Positions 1 through 7,749 of a stretch of 19,600 bases of DNA are shown here, in pieces (position 1 is the stretch's first letter; each line of letters begins with the position of its first letter). Source of the stretch: Capsulimonadaceae bacterium (GTDB taxonomy: Bacteria > Armatimonadota > Armatimonadia > Armatimonadales > Capsulimonadaceae); contig CBDICZ010000009.1 of the NCBI GenBank assembly GCA_965277485.1, positions 1-19,600 of the forward strand, written 5' to 3'. The notes under the pieces were generated by a model. It worked only from the letters and a program-made list of their open reading frames with translations. It was not told where the DNA came from and did not search any database. A program made the translations under genes and the position numbers.

Positions 1-46
1 GCGCGTGTCGGACAGTTTGGGAGGCAAGGGGAATCGGGGGAATCGC

Positions 47-694
47 ATGAACGCCGACGACTATGCTCAGTGGTACTACCTGATCTATCTGCTGCCGGGC
101 GGGGCCGCCCTGCTGCTCCTGCTGCTGTCGGCGGTCGGCGGCGGACACCACTCCCACGCCCATCACGCCCCCCATACGGGCGGGCATGGACATCAGGCGG
201 GGGGGCATGGACACCGGGGCGGCGACGCTTCCGGGCGGGCGGCGCGGCAGGCGGGCGCGTTCCTGGGGGCAGGGCGGGTCCCGCCCGCGCTCGTCTGGGG
301 CAGCCTGTTGCTGGGGTGGGGGCTGTTCGGATTCTGGGCGACGCGGCTGATTCAGCCCGCCCTGCCGCGCGGGTTCGGCCTGCCCGCGCTCGCCGTGGCC
401 GTGGCCGGGGCGCTGGCGACGGCCCGGCTGACGGCGTGGGGGGCCGCGCGCTGGCTCCCCGCCGAGGCCACTTCCGCCGTCGGGACCGTGGACCTGTGCG
501 GCCTGGAAGGGACGGTCGTTTACCCGGTGGACGCGGCGCGGGGCCGCGTCCACGTCCACGACGTCTTCGGGACCTTGCACGACGTGTCCGCGCGCGTCGC
601 GCCGGGGCGGGCGTCCGTGGCGCGGGGACGGCGCGTGCTGGTGACGGACTACAACGCCGAACATGACTTTTTGGAAGTGGAGGAGGTCGCGTGA
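47..694 (+). CDS. NfeD-like membrane protein with a C-terminal OB-fold. ATG 47 is preferred over the edge GTG at 5, and the gene could begin upstream of the window.
   Basis: The N-terminus has three predicted transmembrane helices (YYLIYLLPGGAALLLLLLSAV; VWGSLLLGWGLFGFWATRL; LPALAVAVAGALATARL). The C-terminal ~75 aa (TVVYPVDAARGRVHVHDV...RVLVTDYNAEHDFLEV) resembles the NfeD beta-barrel. It sits directly upstream of, and overlaps, an SPFH/flotillin gene, which is the canonical nfeD-SPFH arrangement. A GGGGGAA Shine-Dalgarno lies 4 nt before ATG 47. A His/Gly-rich linker (HHSHAHHAPHTGGHGHQAGGHGH) separates TM1 and TM2. Confidence 0.55.
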   Translation: MNADDYAQWYYLIYLLPGGAALLLLLLSAVGGGHHSHAHHAPHTGGHGHQAGGHGHRGGDASGRAARQAGAFLGAGRVPPALVWGSLLLGWGLFGFWATRLIQPALPRGFGLPALAVAVAGALATARLTAWGAARWLPAEATSAVGTVDLCGLEGTVVYPVDAARGRVHVHDVFGTLHDVSARVAPGRASVARGRRVLVTDYNAEHDFLEVEEVA

Positions 695-2625
695 TGGGAA
701 TCGCAATGCTGGTGGTCGGGGTCCTGCTGATGGTGGGGCCGAATTTCGTGCCGCAGTTGGGGAGGCCCGCGCAGTTCGTCTGCGGGATCGTCGGCCTGGC
801 GGTGTTTCTGGTCGGGGTGTTCTACGCGCTGGTCACGGCGCTGTGGCGCAAGACGTCGGCGGACGAGGCGTTCGTGATGACGGGCGGGGCGCGCGGCTCG
901 CGCGTGATTCTGGACGGCGGCGCGTTCGTCTTCCCGCTCGTCCACAACGTCGTGCCGGTGAATCTGAAGACGATGAAGCTGGGGGTGAACCCGCACGGGG
1001 CCAACGCCCTGATCACGCACGACAACCTCCGCTCGGACATCCTGGCGCAGTTCTACATCCGCGTCCAGGCGGACAGCGAACATATCCTGAACGCCGCCCG
1101 GTCGCTGGGCGTCAACAGCGTCAACGCCGAGAACGTGGAGAACCTGGTCAGCGAGAAACTGGTCTCCGCCCTGCGCGCCATCGCGTCGCAGATGGACCTG
1201 TTCGAGATTCACACCAAGCGCGACGAGTTCGCCGAGCGCGTCAAGGAACACGTCAAGTCCGACTTGGAAGCCAACGGCCTGCTGCTGGAGAGCGTCACCA
1301 TCTCCCAGATGGACCAGACCGACCCCTCGGAACTCTCCGACAACAACGTGTTCGACGCCCAGGGCAAGCGCAAGATCACGGAGATCACGGCGGCGGCCCT
1401 GGTGGAGCGCAACAACCTGGAGCGGGCCGCCGAGCAGGCGCGCAAGACGCGCGACGTGCAGACGCGCCAGCAGATTCTCGCCCTGGAGCGCCAGCAGGCC
1501 GAGAGCGAGGCGAATCAGCGCACGGAGATCGCCATCATCCAGGCGTCCAAGGAGCGTGAGTCCCAGGAGGCGGTGATCGCCCAGCAGCGCGCGGTGGAGA
1601 CCGCCCAGATCGAGAAGATGCAGGCCATCCAGACCTCCGAGATCACGCGCCAGCAGGCCGTGGAGGTCGCGCGCGTCGCTCAGGAGAAGGCCGTGCAGGC
1701 CGCCACCATCGCCCGCGACCAGGAGACCCAGCGCGCGGGCGTCGAGCGCGACCAGGCGGTCGCCCTGGCCGAGCGGCTCAAGCAGATCGCCCTGGCGACC
1801 AAGGGGGCCGAGCGCGCCCGCGCCGAGGAACTCTCGCTGATCGCCCAGGCCGCCCAGGAGAAGGCGAATCAGGAGGTGATGAGCGTCACCCAGATCGCCG
1901 AGGCCGAGCGCGACGCCGGCAAGAAACTGATCGCCGCCCGCCAGCAGATCGAGCAGGACAAGATTCGCCTACAGACCGAGGCCGAGGTGCAGGCGTTCAC
2001 CCGCGTCACCGTCGCCCAGGCCGACCAGGATTCGGCGATCAAGCAGGCGGAGGCGACGCTGCAGCGCGCCCAGGCCGACGCCCAGGCCAAGGAACTGGTC
2101 GCGCGCGGTGAGAAGGCGCAGCAGATGGTCGCCGTGGATGTGTCCCGCGAGAACGTCGGCGTGGAGCAGGCCCGCGTGGACGTGGAGCGCCGCCAACTGG
2201 AGAACCGCCAGGAGTTCGCCGACGCCGGCATCCGGCTGGAGGTGGAGCGTCTGCGCATCCAGGCGGACAAGGAGGTGCAGCAGGAATTCGCACGCGCCCT
2301 GGCGAGCTTCCTCAGCCACGGCAACATGACCCTGTACGGGACGCCGGAGATGGCCCAGAAGATGATGGACAACATGGCGAAGGGCTTCGGCCTGCGCGCC
2401 ACGGTGGAGGGATTCTTGGGCGGCGGCAACGGTCATTCGGAACAGGGCGGGGACCGTGTCGACGCCCTTCTCTCCGACCTGGGCCGCCTGGCCGCCCCGG
2501 CGGTCGAGAAGATCACCGGCTACCGGGCCGCCCCCGCGTCATCGGCGGGTGTCGCGGCGGACGGCGTCGCCGCCGACGCCAAGCCCGCGCCGCCGGTCAT
2601 CGTCACCTCGCCGGGAAAGGAGTGA
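694..2625 (+). CDS. Flotillin-like SPFH/band-7 protein (YqiK/FloT type) with a long coiled-coil
   Basis: An N-terminal TM hairpin is followed by an SPFH core (VMTGGARGSRVILDGGAFVFPLVHNVVPVNLKTMKL...). Then comes a ~350-aa Ala/Glu/Gln-rich coiled-coil typical of bacterial flotillins. A GGAGGAGG Shine-Dalgarno at 679-686 sits 7 nt before ATG 694. The GTG at 691 is also possible; the nfeD stop TGA at 692-694 overlaps. Confidence 0.85.
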   Translation: MGIAMLVVGVLLMVGPNFVPQLGRPAQFVCGIVGLAVFLVGVFYALVTALWRKTSADEAFVMTGGARGSRVILDGGAFVFPLVHNVVPVNLKTMKLGVNPHGANALITHDNLRSDILAQFYIRVQADSEHILNAARSLGVNSVNAENVENLVSEKLVSALRAIASQMDLFEIHTKRDEFAERVKEHVKSDLEANGLLLESVTISQMDQTDPSELSDNNVFDAQGKRKITEITAAALVERNNLERAAEQARKTRDVQTRQQILALERQQAESEANQRTEIAIIQASKERESQEAVIAQQRAVETAQIEKMQAIQTSEITRQQAVEVARVAQEKAVQAATIARDQETQRAGVERDQAVALAERLKQIALATKGAERARAEELSLIAQAAQEKANQEVMSVTQIAEAERDAGKKLIAARQQIEQDKIRLQTEAEVQAFTRVTVAQADQDSAIKQAEATLQRAQADAQAKELVARGEKAQQMVAVDVSRENVGVEQARVDVERRQLENRQEFADAGIRLEVERLRIQADKEVQQEFARALASFLSHGNMTLYGTPEMAQKMMDNMAKGFGLRATVEGFLGGGNGHSEQGGDRVDALLSDLGRLAAPAVEKITGYRAAPASSAGVAADGVAADAKPAPPVIVTSPGKE

Positions 2626-2707
2626 CCGACCCACGGCAATGTGAACCTTCACCCGTCGCCCTGCGTCCCCAAAGCGGGTATAGGAGAGTCGGAAGGGGAA
2701 CTGGGTC

Positions 2708-4000
2708 ATGGCTTTTTCTTGGCGGCGTATCGTGCGGCCCTTGTTGGGGCTGTCTGTGGGGCTGATGCTGGCGGGGATGATGCCCGTCTTCGCGCAGGTC
2801 GCAGTCGCCCCCGGTGGGTTCGGCCCCGGCGGACCCGTCTACGGCGGGCGCAACCGAGGCAGGCAGTATCAGGGCGGAAGGCGCTACCGGGGCGGGCGGG
2901 CGGGCCGCAACCGCAACACCAACCCCGGCGGCGCGAACGCGAACGGCGGCGGGCGACCGGGGGCGGTTCCCCCGGCGCCGCCGTATCACTTCGTCCCCGG
3001 CAGCGACATCATCCCGGCCCCGGTGGTCGGCGACGCGGCCCGCGTCTATGCAGTCGGATACCGCACCGTCGCGGCCTACGACAAGAAGACGGGCAAGTCG
3101 CTCTGGGTCTTCCACCCCGCCGGCGAGGTGACGGCCTCGCCGGCGGTGGGCCCGGACGGCACGGTGTACGTCACCTCCTACGACCACAACGTGTACGCCC
3201 TGGACGGCGCGACGGGGGCGAAGAAGTGGCAGTTCAAGACGGGCGACCTCGTCGCCACGACGCCCGCCGTCGCGGCCAACGGCTGGGTCTACGTCGGCGG
3301 GTACGACCACAACATCTACGCGCTGGACGCTTCCGGCGCGAAGAAGTGGCAGATCAAGGTCGGCGGCCCCGTCGCCGGCCCCGCCGTCGGGGCGGACGGC
3401 ACGGTGTATGTCGGCGCGGACAGCGTGTACGCCGTTGACGGGGCCACGGGCCGGGTCCGCTGGGAATTCGCCGATGGCTACGTCGGCAACGCCACCCCGC
3501 TGCTGGACCCGACGACGGACGCCGTCTATGTCGGCGCGTTCGACGGGACGGTGTACGCCCTGAGCCTGCGGACTGGCCGGGAGCGGTGGCGGGTCACGCT
3601 GCCCGGACCGATCAACTCCACGCCGGCGCTGGACGCGGGAGGGACACTGTACGTCGGGTCGGACCGCCTGTACGCGCTCACGGCGAGCGACGGGCGCGAG
3701 CGCTGGTCCGCGGGGGCCGCCGGGCGGACCGATCTCCAGTGGTCGTCTCCGGTGGTGGGCGCGGATGGCCGCGTCTACGCCGGGTGCAGCGACCAGTCCC
3801 TGTACGCCTTCAGCGCCTCCGGGGGACGCGCCCGCTGGTCCTACCGGGCCACCGGCGGCCTCGCCCCGGCCCCGGCGGTCGGCCCCACGGGCCGCGTCTA
3901 CCTGGGCAGCGCCGGCTCCGGCGTCGTCACCGCCCTGGACCCGGCCAGCGGCCGCCCGCAGTGGCAGAGTCAGCCCCTGCCCGTCGTCGCCGCGCGGTGA
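2708..4000 (+). CDS. Secreted PQQ-like beta-propeller repeat protein (BamB/YVTN-like) with an N-terminal Gly/Arg-rich low-complexity linker
   Basis: A signal peptide (MAFSWRRIVRPLLGLSVGLMLAGMMPVFAQVAVA) is followed by an RGG-like segment (GGRNRGRQYQGGRRYRGGRAGRNRN). After that come about 8 repeats of the form 'G.VYVGS.D..(V/L)YALDA.TG...W.F' typical of PQQ-enzyme-repeat propellers. Confidence 0.8.
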   Translation: MAFSWRRIVRPLLGLSVGLMLAGMMPVFAQVAVAPGGFGPGGPVYGGRNRGRQYQGGRRYRGGRAGRNRNTNPGGANANGGGRPGAVPPAPPYHFVPGSDIIPAPVVGDAARVYAVGYRTVAAYDKKTGKSLWVFHPAGEVTASPAVGPDGTVYVTSYDHNVYALDGATGAKKWQFKTGDLVATTPAVAANGWVYVGGYDHNIYALDASGAKKWQIKVGGPVAGPAVGADGTVYVGADSVYAVDGATGRVRWEFADGYVGNATPLLDPTTDAVYVGAFDGTVYALSLRTGRERWRVTLPGPINSTPALDAGGTLYVGSDRLYALTASDGRERWSAGAAGRTDLQWSSPVVGADGRVYAGCSDQSLYAFSASGGRARWSYRATGGLAPAPAVGPTGRVYLGSAGSGVVTALDPASGRPQWQSQPLPVVAAR

Positions 4001-4043
4001 CCTTTCGGGTATATCAGGGGCAAGACCATTCGCGGAGGAACCC

Positions 4044-4964
4044 ATGCCTGAACCGACGCCCGACACCGAACTGACGCTGACCCACGGCCCGTACTCACTC
4101 GTCGTCTCCCCCTACGGCGCTTCGTTGCGCGGACTGACCCACGGCGGGCGGCCAGTCATCGCCGGCTACCACGGCGCGGCGGGCAAGGTGGGCGCACAGG
4201 GCGACGTGCTGATTCCCTTCCCTGGGCGGGTCGCCGCCGGGCGCTACACGTTCGACGGGCAATCGCACCAGATGCCGCTGAACGACAAGGAGACGCCCAG
4301 TGCCATCCACGGCTTCCTGCGGACGCAGATGTGGACAATGGACGGTCAGGATGCCGACGCCGTCACCTTCCGCACGGCCATCGCGCCCGATCAGCACCCC
4401 GGCTACCCGTTCGCGCTCGCCGTGGGCCTGACCTACACCCTCTCGGATGAGGGGCTGACGGCGCGGTTTGAAGTCAAAAACACCGGCGCGAGCAGTGCGC
4501 CCGTCGCCATCGGCCAACACCCGTACTTCACCGTCGGCTCGGCCTTGATTGACGTTGACACGCTCAGCCTGCCCTACGACTCGTACCTGGAATACAAAGA
4601 CTTGCTGCCGACGGGGCGGGTGCTGTCCGTGGACGACACGCCGCTGGACTTCCGCGCGGCCCGCGCCATTGACGACACACGATTCAACACCTGCTACCTC
4701 CAGCCCCGCCGGGACGCCGACGGGAAGACGCGCATCGGCCTGTCCGCGCCGGGCGGCGCGGCCCTGACGGTGTGGCTGGACGAGTCGTTTTCCTACGTCG
4801 TCCTCTACTCCGGCGACCCGCTGCCCCCGGACCATCGCCGCCGGGCGCTCGCCATCGAGCCGATGACCTGCGGCTCGGACGCCTTCAACCACCCGCAGTG
4901 GGGCTTGGTCGCGCTCGCCCCCGCCCAGGTTCTGACGGCGGCTTGGGGCGTTGCCGTGGGATAA
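4044..4964 (+). CDS. Aldose 1-epimerase family protein (galactose mutarotase-like)
   Basis: Family-typical motifs are present (HGFLRTQMWTM...GYPFALAVGLTYTLSDEGLTARFEVKNTG...IGQHPYF). A GGAGG Shine-Dalgarno lies 5 nt upstream of ATG 4044. The track ORF from 3765 is a spurious upstream extension through the end of the preceding gene. Confidence 0.8.
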   Translation: MPEPTPDTELTLTHGPYSLVVSPYGASLRGLTHGGRPVIAGYHGAAGKVGAQGDVLIPFPGRVAAGRYTFDGQSHQMPLNDKETPSAIHGFLRTQMWTMDGQDADAVTFRTAIAPDQHPGYPFALAVGLTYTLSDEGLTARFEVKNTGASSAPVAIGQHPYFTVGSALIDVDTLSLPYDSYLEYKDLLPTGRVLSVDDTPLDFRAARAIDDTRFNTCYLQPRRDADGKTRIGLSAPGGAALTVWLDESFSYVVLYSGDPLPPDHRRRALAIEPMTCGSDAFNHPQWGLVALAPAQVLTAAWGVAVG

Positions 4965-4992
4965 AGCGCACCGCGCGTGGCAAACAGTGAAA

Positions 4993-5020
4993 GGCCCGCC
5001 GCTTATGTAAGCGGCGGGCC
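4993..5020. terminator. Bidirectional intrinsic terminator hairpin between convergent genes
   Basis: A perfect 10-bp GC stem GGCCCGCCGC / GCGGCGGGCC encloses an 8-nt loop. A-rich sequence lies 5' and TT follows 3'. It sits between the convergent aldose epimerase (+) and lipoprotein (-) genes. Confidence 0.7.
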
Positions 5021-5144
5021 TTCGGCCTGCGCCGTCCGACTTAAGGGATGTTGCTCATGTGAACCGTGCCGACCTCGGTGGTCTGGCCGGTGGCCACTGT
5101 GACGCCGGGCACGGGCTGGTGGCCAAAGGGAAACTCCGAAAACA

Positions 5145-5921
5145 TCAGATCATACGTCCCGGCAGGCCGCTGACGGAGAAAGTGCCGTCGGTGGCGCTCG
5201 GCGACGTGACGGCGACGGGAGCAATAGAAGCGGTCGTGCTGGTTCCCGCCTGAAACACCTCCAGGGTGGCCCCCAGCGGGTAGGTGACGTTGGTGATGAC
5301 GCTCCCGTTGCTGTCCAGCAGCGTTCCGTGGAGGCTGCCCTGCGTGTTCGCGGGTGTGTCCATCTTGATGATAGGGGAGAATGTGTAGCCCAATCCGTTG
5401 GAGGCGGAGTGGGCGGCGTCAATGTCAAGCGAGACCGATGTGCCTGACGTGCTGGAGACGGTGAATGTGCCGGGGACGGCGCTGTAATTGTTAGTCCCGA
5501 CAGCGGACCCGGACAGTGTGTGGTCGGTTCCGACGTTGTCCACGGCGTCCGCCGCCGTCACATAGATGCGAATCTGTGAGTAGGTGCCGGGGGCCAGGGT
5601 GGGGTCCGTGGCGAGGGTGGTGCTGACGCCGTTCTGCAGCGCCAGCACGTCGAACGTCTGCGGGGTGCTGGTCAGCGTCTGCTCCATGCCGCTGCCGTCC
5701 ACCGCCGTGACTTTGGCGACCGTCATGTTGATGTGCTGGAAGTTCGGGTTGGGCGTGTCGTGCAGCAGCACGACCATCCCGGAGGCCGTGCCGGAATTGA
5801 CCGGCGTGGGGCCGGCGCTGTTGCCGCCGCCGCCGCATCCGGTCAGCGTTGCCGCCAGTGTGCCGCCCGCCAGCAACGCCGTCGCGCCGTGCCATCGTCC
5901 GCCCCGTGTGTGTCGCGTCAT
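5145..5921 (-). CDS. Ser/Thr/Gly-rich lipoprotein (DUF4382-like)
   Basis: A signal peptide with lipobox LTGC (ALLAGGTLAATLTGCGGGG) is followed by a Thr/Ser-rich beta-rich body. An AAGGAA Shine-Dalgarno lies about 9 nt upstream on the minus strand. The family assignment is from memory and not verified. Confidence 0.6.
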   Translation of the reverse strand: MTRHTRGGRWHGATALLAGGTLAATLTGCGGGGNSAGPTPVNSGTASGMVVLLHDTPNPNFQHINMTVAKVTAVDGSGMEQTLTSTPQTFDVLALQNGVSTTLATDPTLAPGTYSQIRIYVTAADAVDNVGTDHTLSGSAVGTNNYSAVPGTFTVSSTSGTSVSLDIDAAHSASNGLGYTFSPIIKMDTPANTQGSLHGTLLDSNGSVITNVTYPLGATLEVFQAGTSTTASIAPVAVTSPSATDGTFSVSGLPGRMI

Positions 5922-5997
5922 GTGTGGTGATTCCTTGAAAGTGAACAGGGTGACGCCTGTGTGTCCGCGCCCCGGTAAACGCGGGACATGGCACGGG

Positions 5998-6648
5998 TCA
6001 CTGTTTCATGTGACAAACGACCAGCACACCGCCCCGCGCGCCGATGGTGACTTGTTCCGCCACGGCCCGGTTGGAGATGCCGAGCGTTCCGACGGGCAGG
6101 GGATGGTCAGTCAGCGGCCAGCGGACGCCCTGGAGCGTGACCCGCGCCCGTCCGTCGAACGAGACCACGGAGATGGTGTCGCCCGGCGTCGCCGCCAGGG
6201 TCAATTCGCCAGGCGCGTCTTCGGTGCCGGAGACGGCCCATGTTACGGAGGCGTCTTCCACCAGGCGTATGTCGACCTCACGGTGGCAGCGCAGTAGCAG
6301 GGCGATGGTGCCGAGCGTGTGATCCAGGCGTCCGCCCGTCGCGCCCGTGATCGTAATGGCCGTCGCGCCCCGGCCCTGTGCGATGTGAATGGCCTTCTCC
6401 AAGTCCCCCTGATTCTGGTCCGGCGTCGGGATGATCTCGGAGCCTAGGAAGTCGCGCCGTACTTCCTCAAGGCTGATGGAGTCGAAATCGCCGCTGATGA
6501 TGTCGGGCGTCCGTCCGAGCATTTGGGCCTTGCGGGCGGCCCCGTCCGTGGCGATCAGCAGGTCATGCCCGGCGACGAGGCGATGGAGCAGCGCCGCCGA
6601 GGGCGGGTCGCCGTCGGCCAGGATCAGCACTCGCAGCCCTTCAGTCAT
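5998..6648 (-). CDS. thiN: Thiamine pyrophosphokinase (thiamine diphosphokinase). The preferred start is [10 protein letters not shown] at 6648; the track start at 6684 is the alternative.
   Basis: TPK motifs are present: [48 protein letters not shown]. The ATG at 6646-6648 overlaps the upstream gene's stop by 8 nt (ATGACTGA), which indicates translational coupling. Confidence 0.8.
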   Translation of the reverse strand: MTEGLRVLILADGDPPSAALLHRLVAGHDLLIATDGAARKAQMLGRTPDIISGDFDSISLEEVRRDFLGSEIIPTPDQNQGDLEKAIHIAQGRGATAITITGATGGRLDHTLGTIALLLRCHREVDIRLVEDASVTWAVSGTEDAPGELTLAATPGDTISVVSFDGRARVTLQGVRWPLTDHPLPVGTLGISNRAVAEQVTIGARGGVLVVCHMKQ

Positions 6649-7417
6649 AGCCGTACCAGTAGCCCTGGCTGAACGTGTGTCCATCGGGTGTGACCGCTGT
6701 GTTGTCGAAAGCGAGTTCCGACGTGAGGAATTTGGCGTGGCCGTCTGCGAAGATCACCGTGCCGCCGCGCGGGTGCCACTGCTCGTAATAGTCCGCCCCG
6801 CCGCTGCCCGGCGCGACATAGCCGTACTTGGCCCCGCCGGGGTCGCCCTGCTCCGAGAACCAGGGGAACATCTCGTCTCGCATGATTCGCGTGTCCGCTG
6901 GAAATTGGATCATGGCATCTGTGACTATTTGTGTGGTCATGGACGGGACATTGTTCTGCGAAGAGACGCCTGCGACGACCGAATACATATCGCTGGTGAA
7001 GCGGTACGACGAGCCGTAGCAGGCGTGATAAGTCGTCCGGCCGGGATAGTCGGAGCAGCCGCCGTTGGCGCTGGTGTTCTGTGTCAGGAATGGGCTGCCG
7101 GCATCGTCGGGGCATTTGAAAACATCTTTGTTCTGGATGTAGGGCATGACCTCCACCTCGACCCCCATGTGCCCCGTGATCCCGGCTGGAGGGACCGAGT
7201 TGTAGGCGAAAAAGATCGGCATGGTCTCGTCGTTGTCCTGGAGGTACATCTGGACGCCGATGCCCACTTGGCGGGCGTTGGAGACGCAGGTGATCTCGCG
7301 CGCCTTCTCCCGCGCCTGGGCGAAGACGGGAAACAGGATCGCGGCGATGATCGAGATGATGGCGATGACCACCAGAAGCTCGATGAGCGTGAAGCCGCGC
7401 CGTGTCGTGCGGTGCAT
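6641..7417 (-). CDS. Prepilin-type N-terminal cleavage/methylation domain protein with a C-terminal H-X9-DG motif (DUF1559 family pseudopilin-like)
   Basis: The N-terminus [40 protein letters not shown] is the class-III signal and N-methylation motif. The C-terminus carries [12 protein letters not shown] (H-X9-DG). An AGAGGAA Shine-Dalgarno lies upstream on the minus strand at 7424-7432. Confidence 0.85.
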   Translation of the reverse strand: MHRTTRRGFTLIELLVVIAIISIIAAILFPVFAQAREKAREITCVSNARQVGIGVQMYLQDNDETMPIFFAYNSVPPAGITGHMGVEVEVMPYIQNKDVFKCPDDAGSPFLTQNTSANGGCSDYPGRTTYHACYGSSYRFTSDMYSVVAGVSSQNNVPSMTTQIVTDAMIQFPADTRIMRDEMFPWFSEQGDPGGAKYGYVAPGSGGADYYEQWHPRGGTVIFADGHAKFLTSELAFDNTAVTPDGHTFSQGYWYGYD

Positions 7418-7445
7418 ATTCGGTTCCTCTCTGTGGACGCGGAAA

Positions 7446-7482
7446 GGCCGCCGTCCTCTTCATGGAAAAAGGGACGGCGGCC
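7446..7482. other. Perfect 11-bp GC-rich hairpin in the 5' leader of the pseudopilin gene, within the divergent intergenic region
   Basis: GGCCGCCGTCC - 15-nt loop - GGACGGCGGCC, read directly from the sequence. It lies between the pseudopilin RBS and any upstream promoter. Confidence 0.5.
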
Positions 7483-7577
7483 TCAAGTGCGAACACAGGG
7501 AGGGCCTCGCGTCCGCTTCCCTACGCCGGTATGACCCGGATCAGGTTCTTGGGGTTAGCCGAAACCTCGGCCTCTCA

Positions 7578-7599
7578 GCCGGCTCTTGGAAGAGCCGGC
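7578..7599. other. Second perfect hairpin in the glmS/pseudopilin divergent intergenic region
   Basis: GCCGGCTCTT gg AAGAGCCGGC is a 10-bp palindrome. Confidence 0.45.
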
Positions 7600-7687
7600 A
7601 CCCCCAGCGGTTGATCTGTTGTGCGGCTATTATAGCCCGTTCACAACACGATCGTCAAGCCCCGGCAACGTGCGCCGCCGCGAAGTG

Positions 7688-7696
7688 TGATATACT
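7688..7696 (+). promoter_or_regulatory. Candidate extended -10 promoter element (TGaTATACT) for glmS
   Basis: TGATATACT lies in an AT-richer stretch 54 nt upstream of the glmS ATG. There is no convincing -35. A GGGGAGAG Shine-Dalgarno-like sequence sits at 7728-7735. Confidence 0.3.
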
Positions 7697-7749
7697 GGAT
7701 AACACTGATGTCACTCACAGTAACATTCCGGGGAGAGCAGTAACAAATT

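Noticed and set aside
27-43. Tandem GGGAATCG duplication just upstream of the nfeD start
   Set aside because: There are only two copies at the window edge. It most likely just forms the G-rich RBS.
70-1559. Plus-strand ORFs at 70-666 and 663-1559 in alternative frames over nfeD and the flotillin gene
   Set aside because: They are Arg/Pro/Gly-rich off-frames. The real frames carry TM helices and an SPFH domain.
3765-4043. Upstream extension of the aldose-epimerase ORF to 3765
   Set aside because: It overlaps the 3' end of the PQQ gene in another frame. ATG 4044 has a GGAGG RBS and the homology begins there.
2603-4066. A 487-aa minus-strand ORF and a 265-aa plus-strand ORF (2641-3438) overlapping the PQQ-propeller gene
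   Set aside because: Both are off-frame or antisense to a gene with a clear signal peptide and repeat architecture.
7560-7749. A possible glmS ribozyme upstream of glmS
   Set aside because: The conserved core elements (GACGAGG, the P2 pseudoknot GGAGG/CCUCC pair, CGGCUG/CAGCCG) are absent by eye. Only generic hairpins are present.
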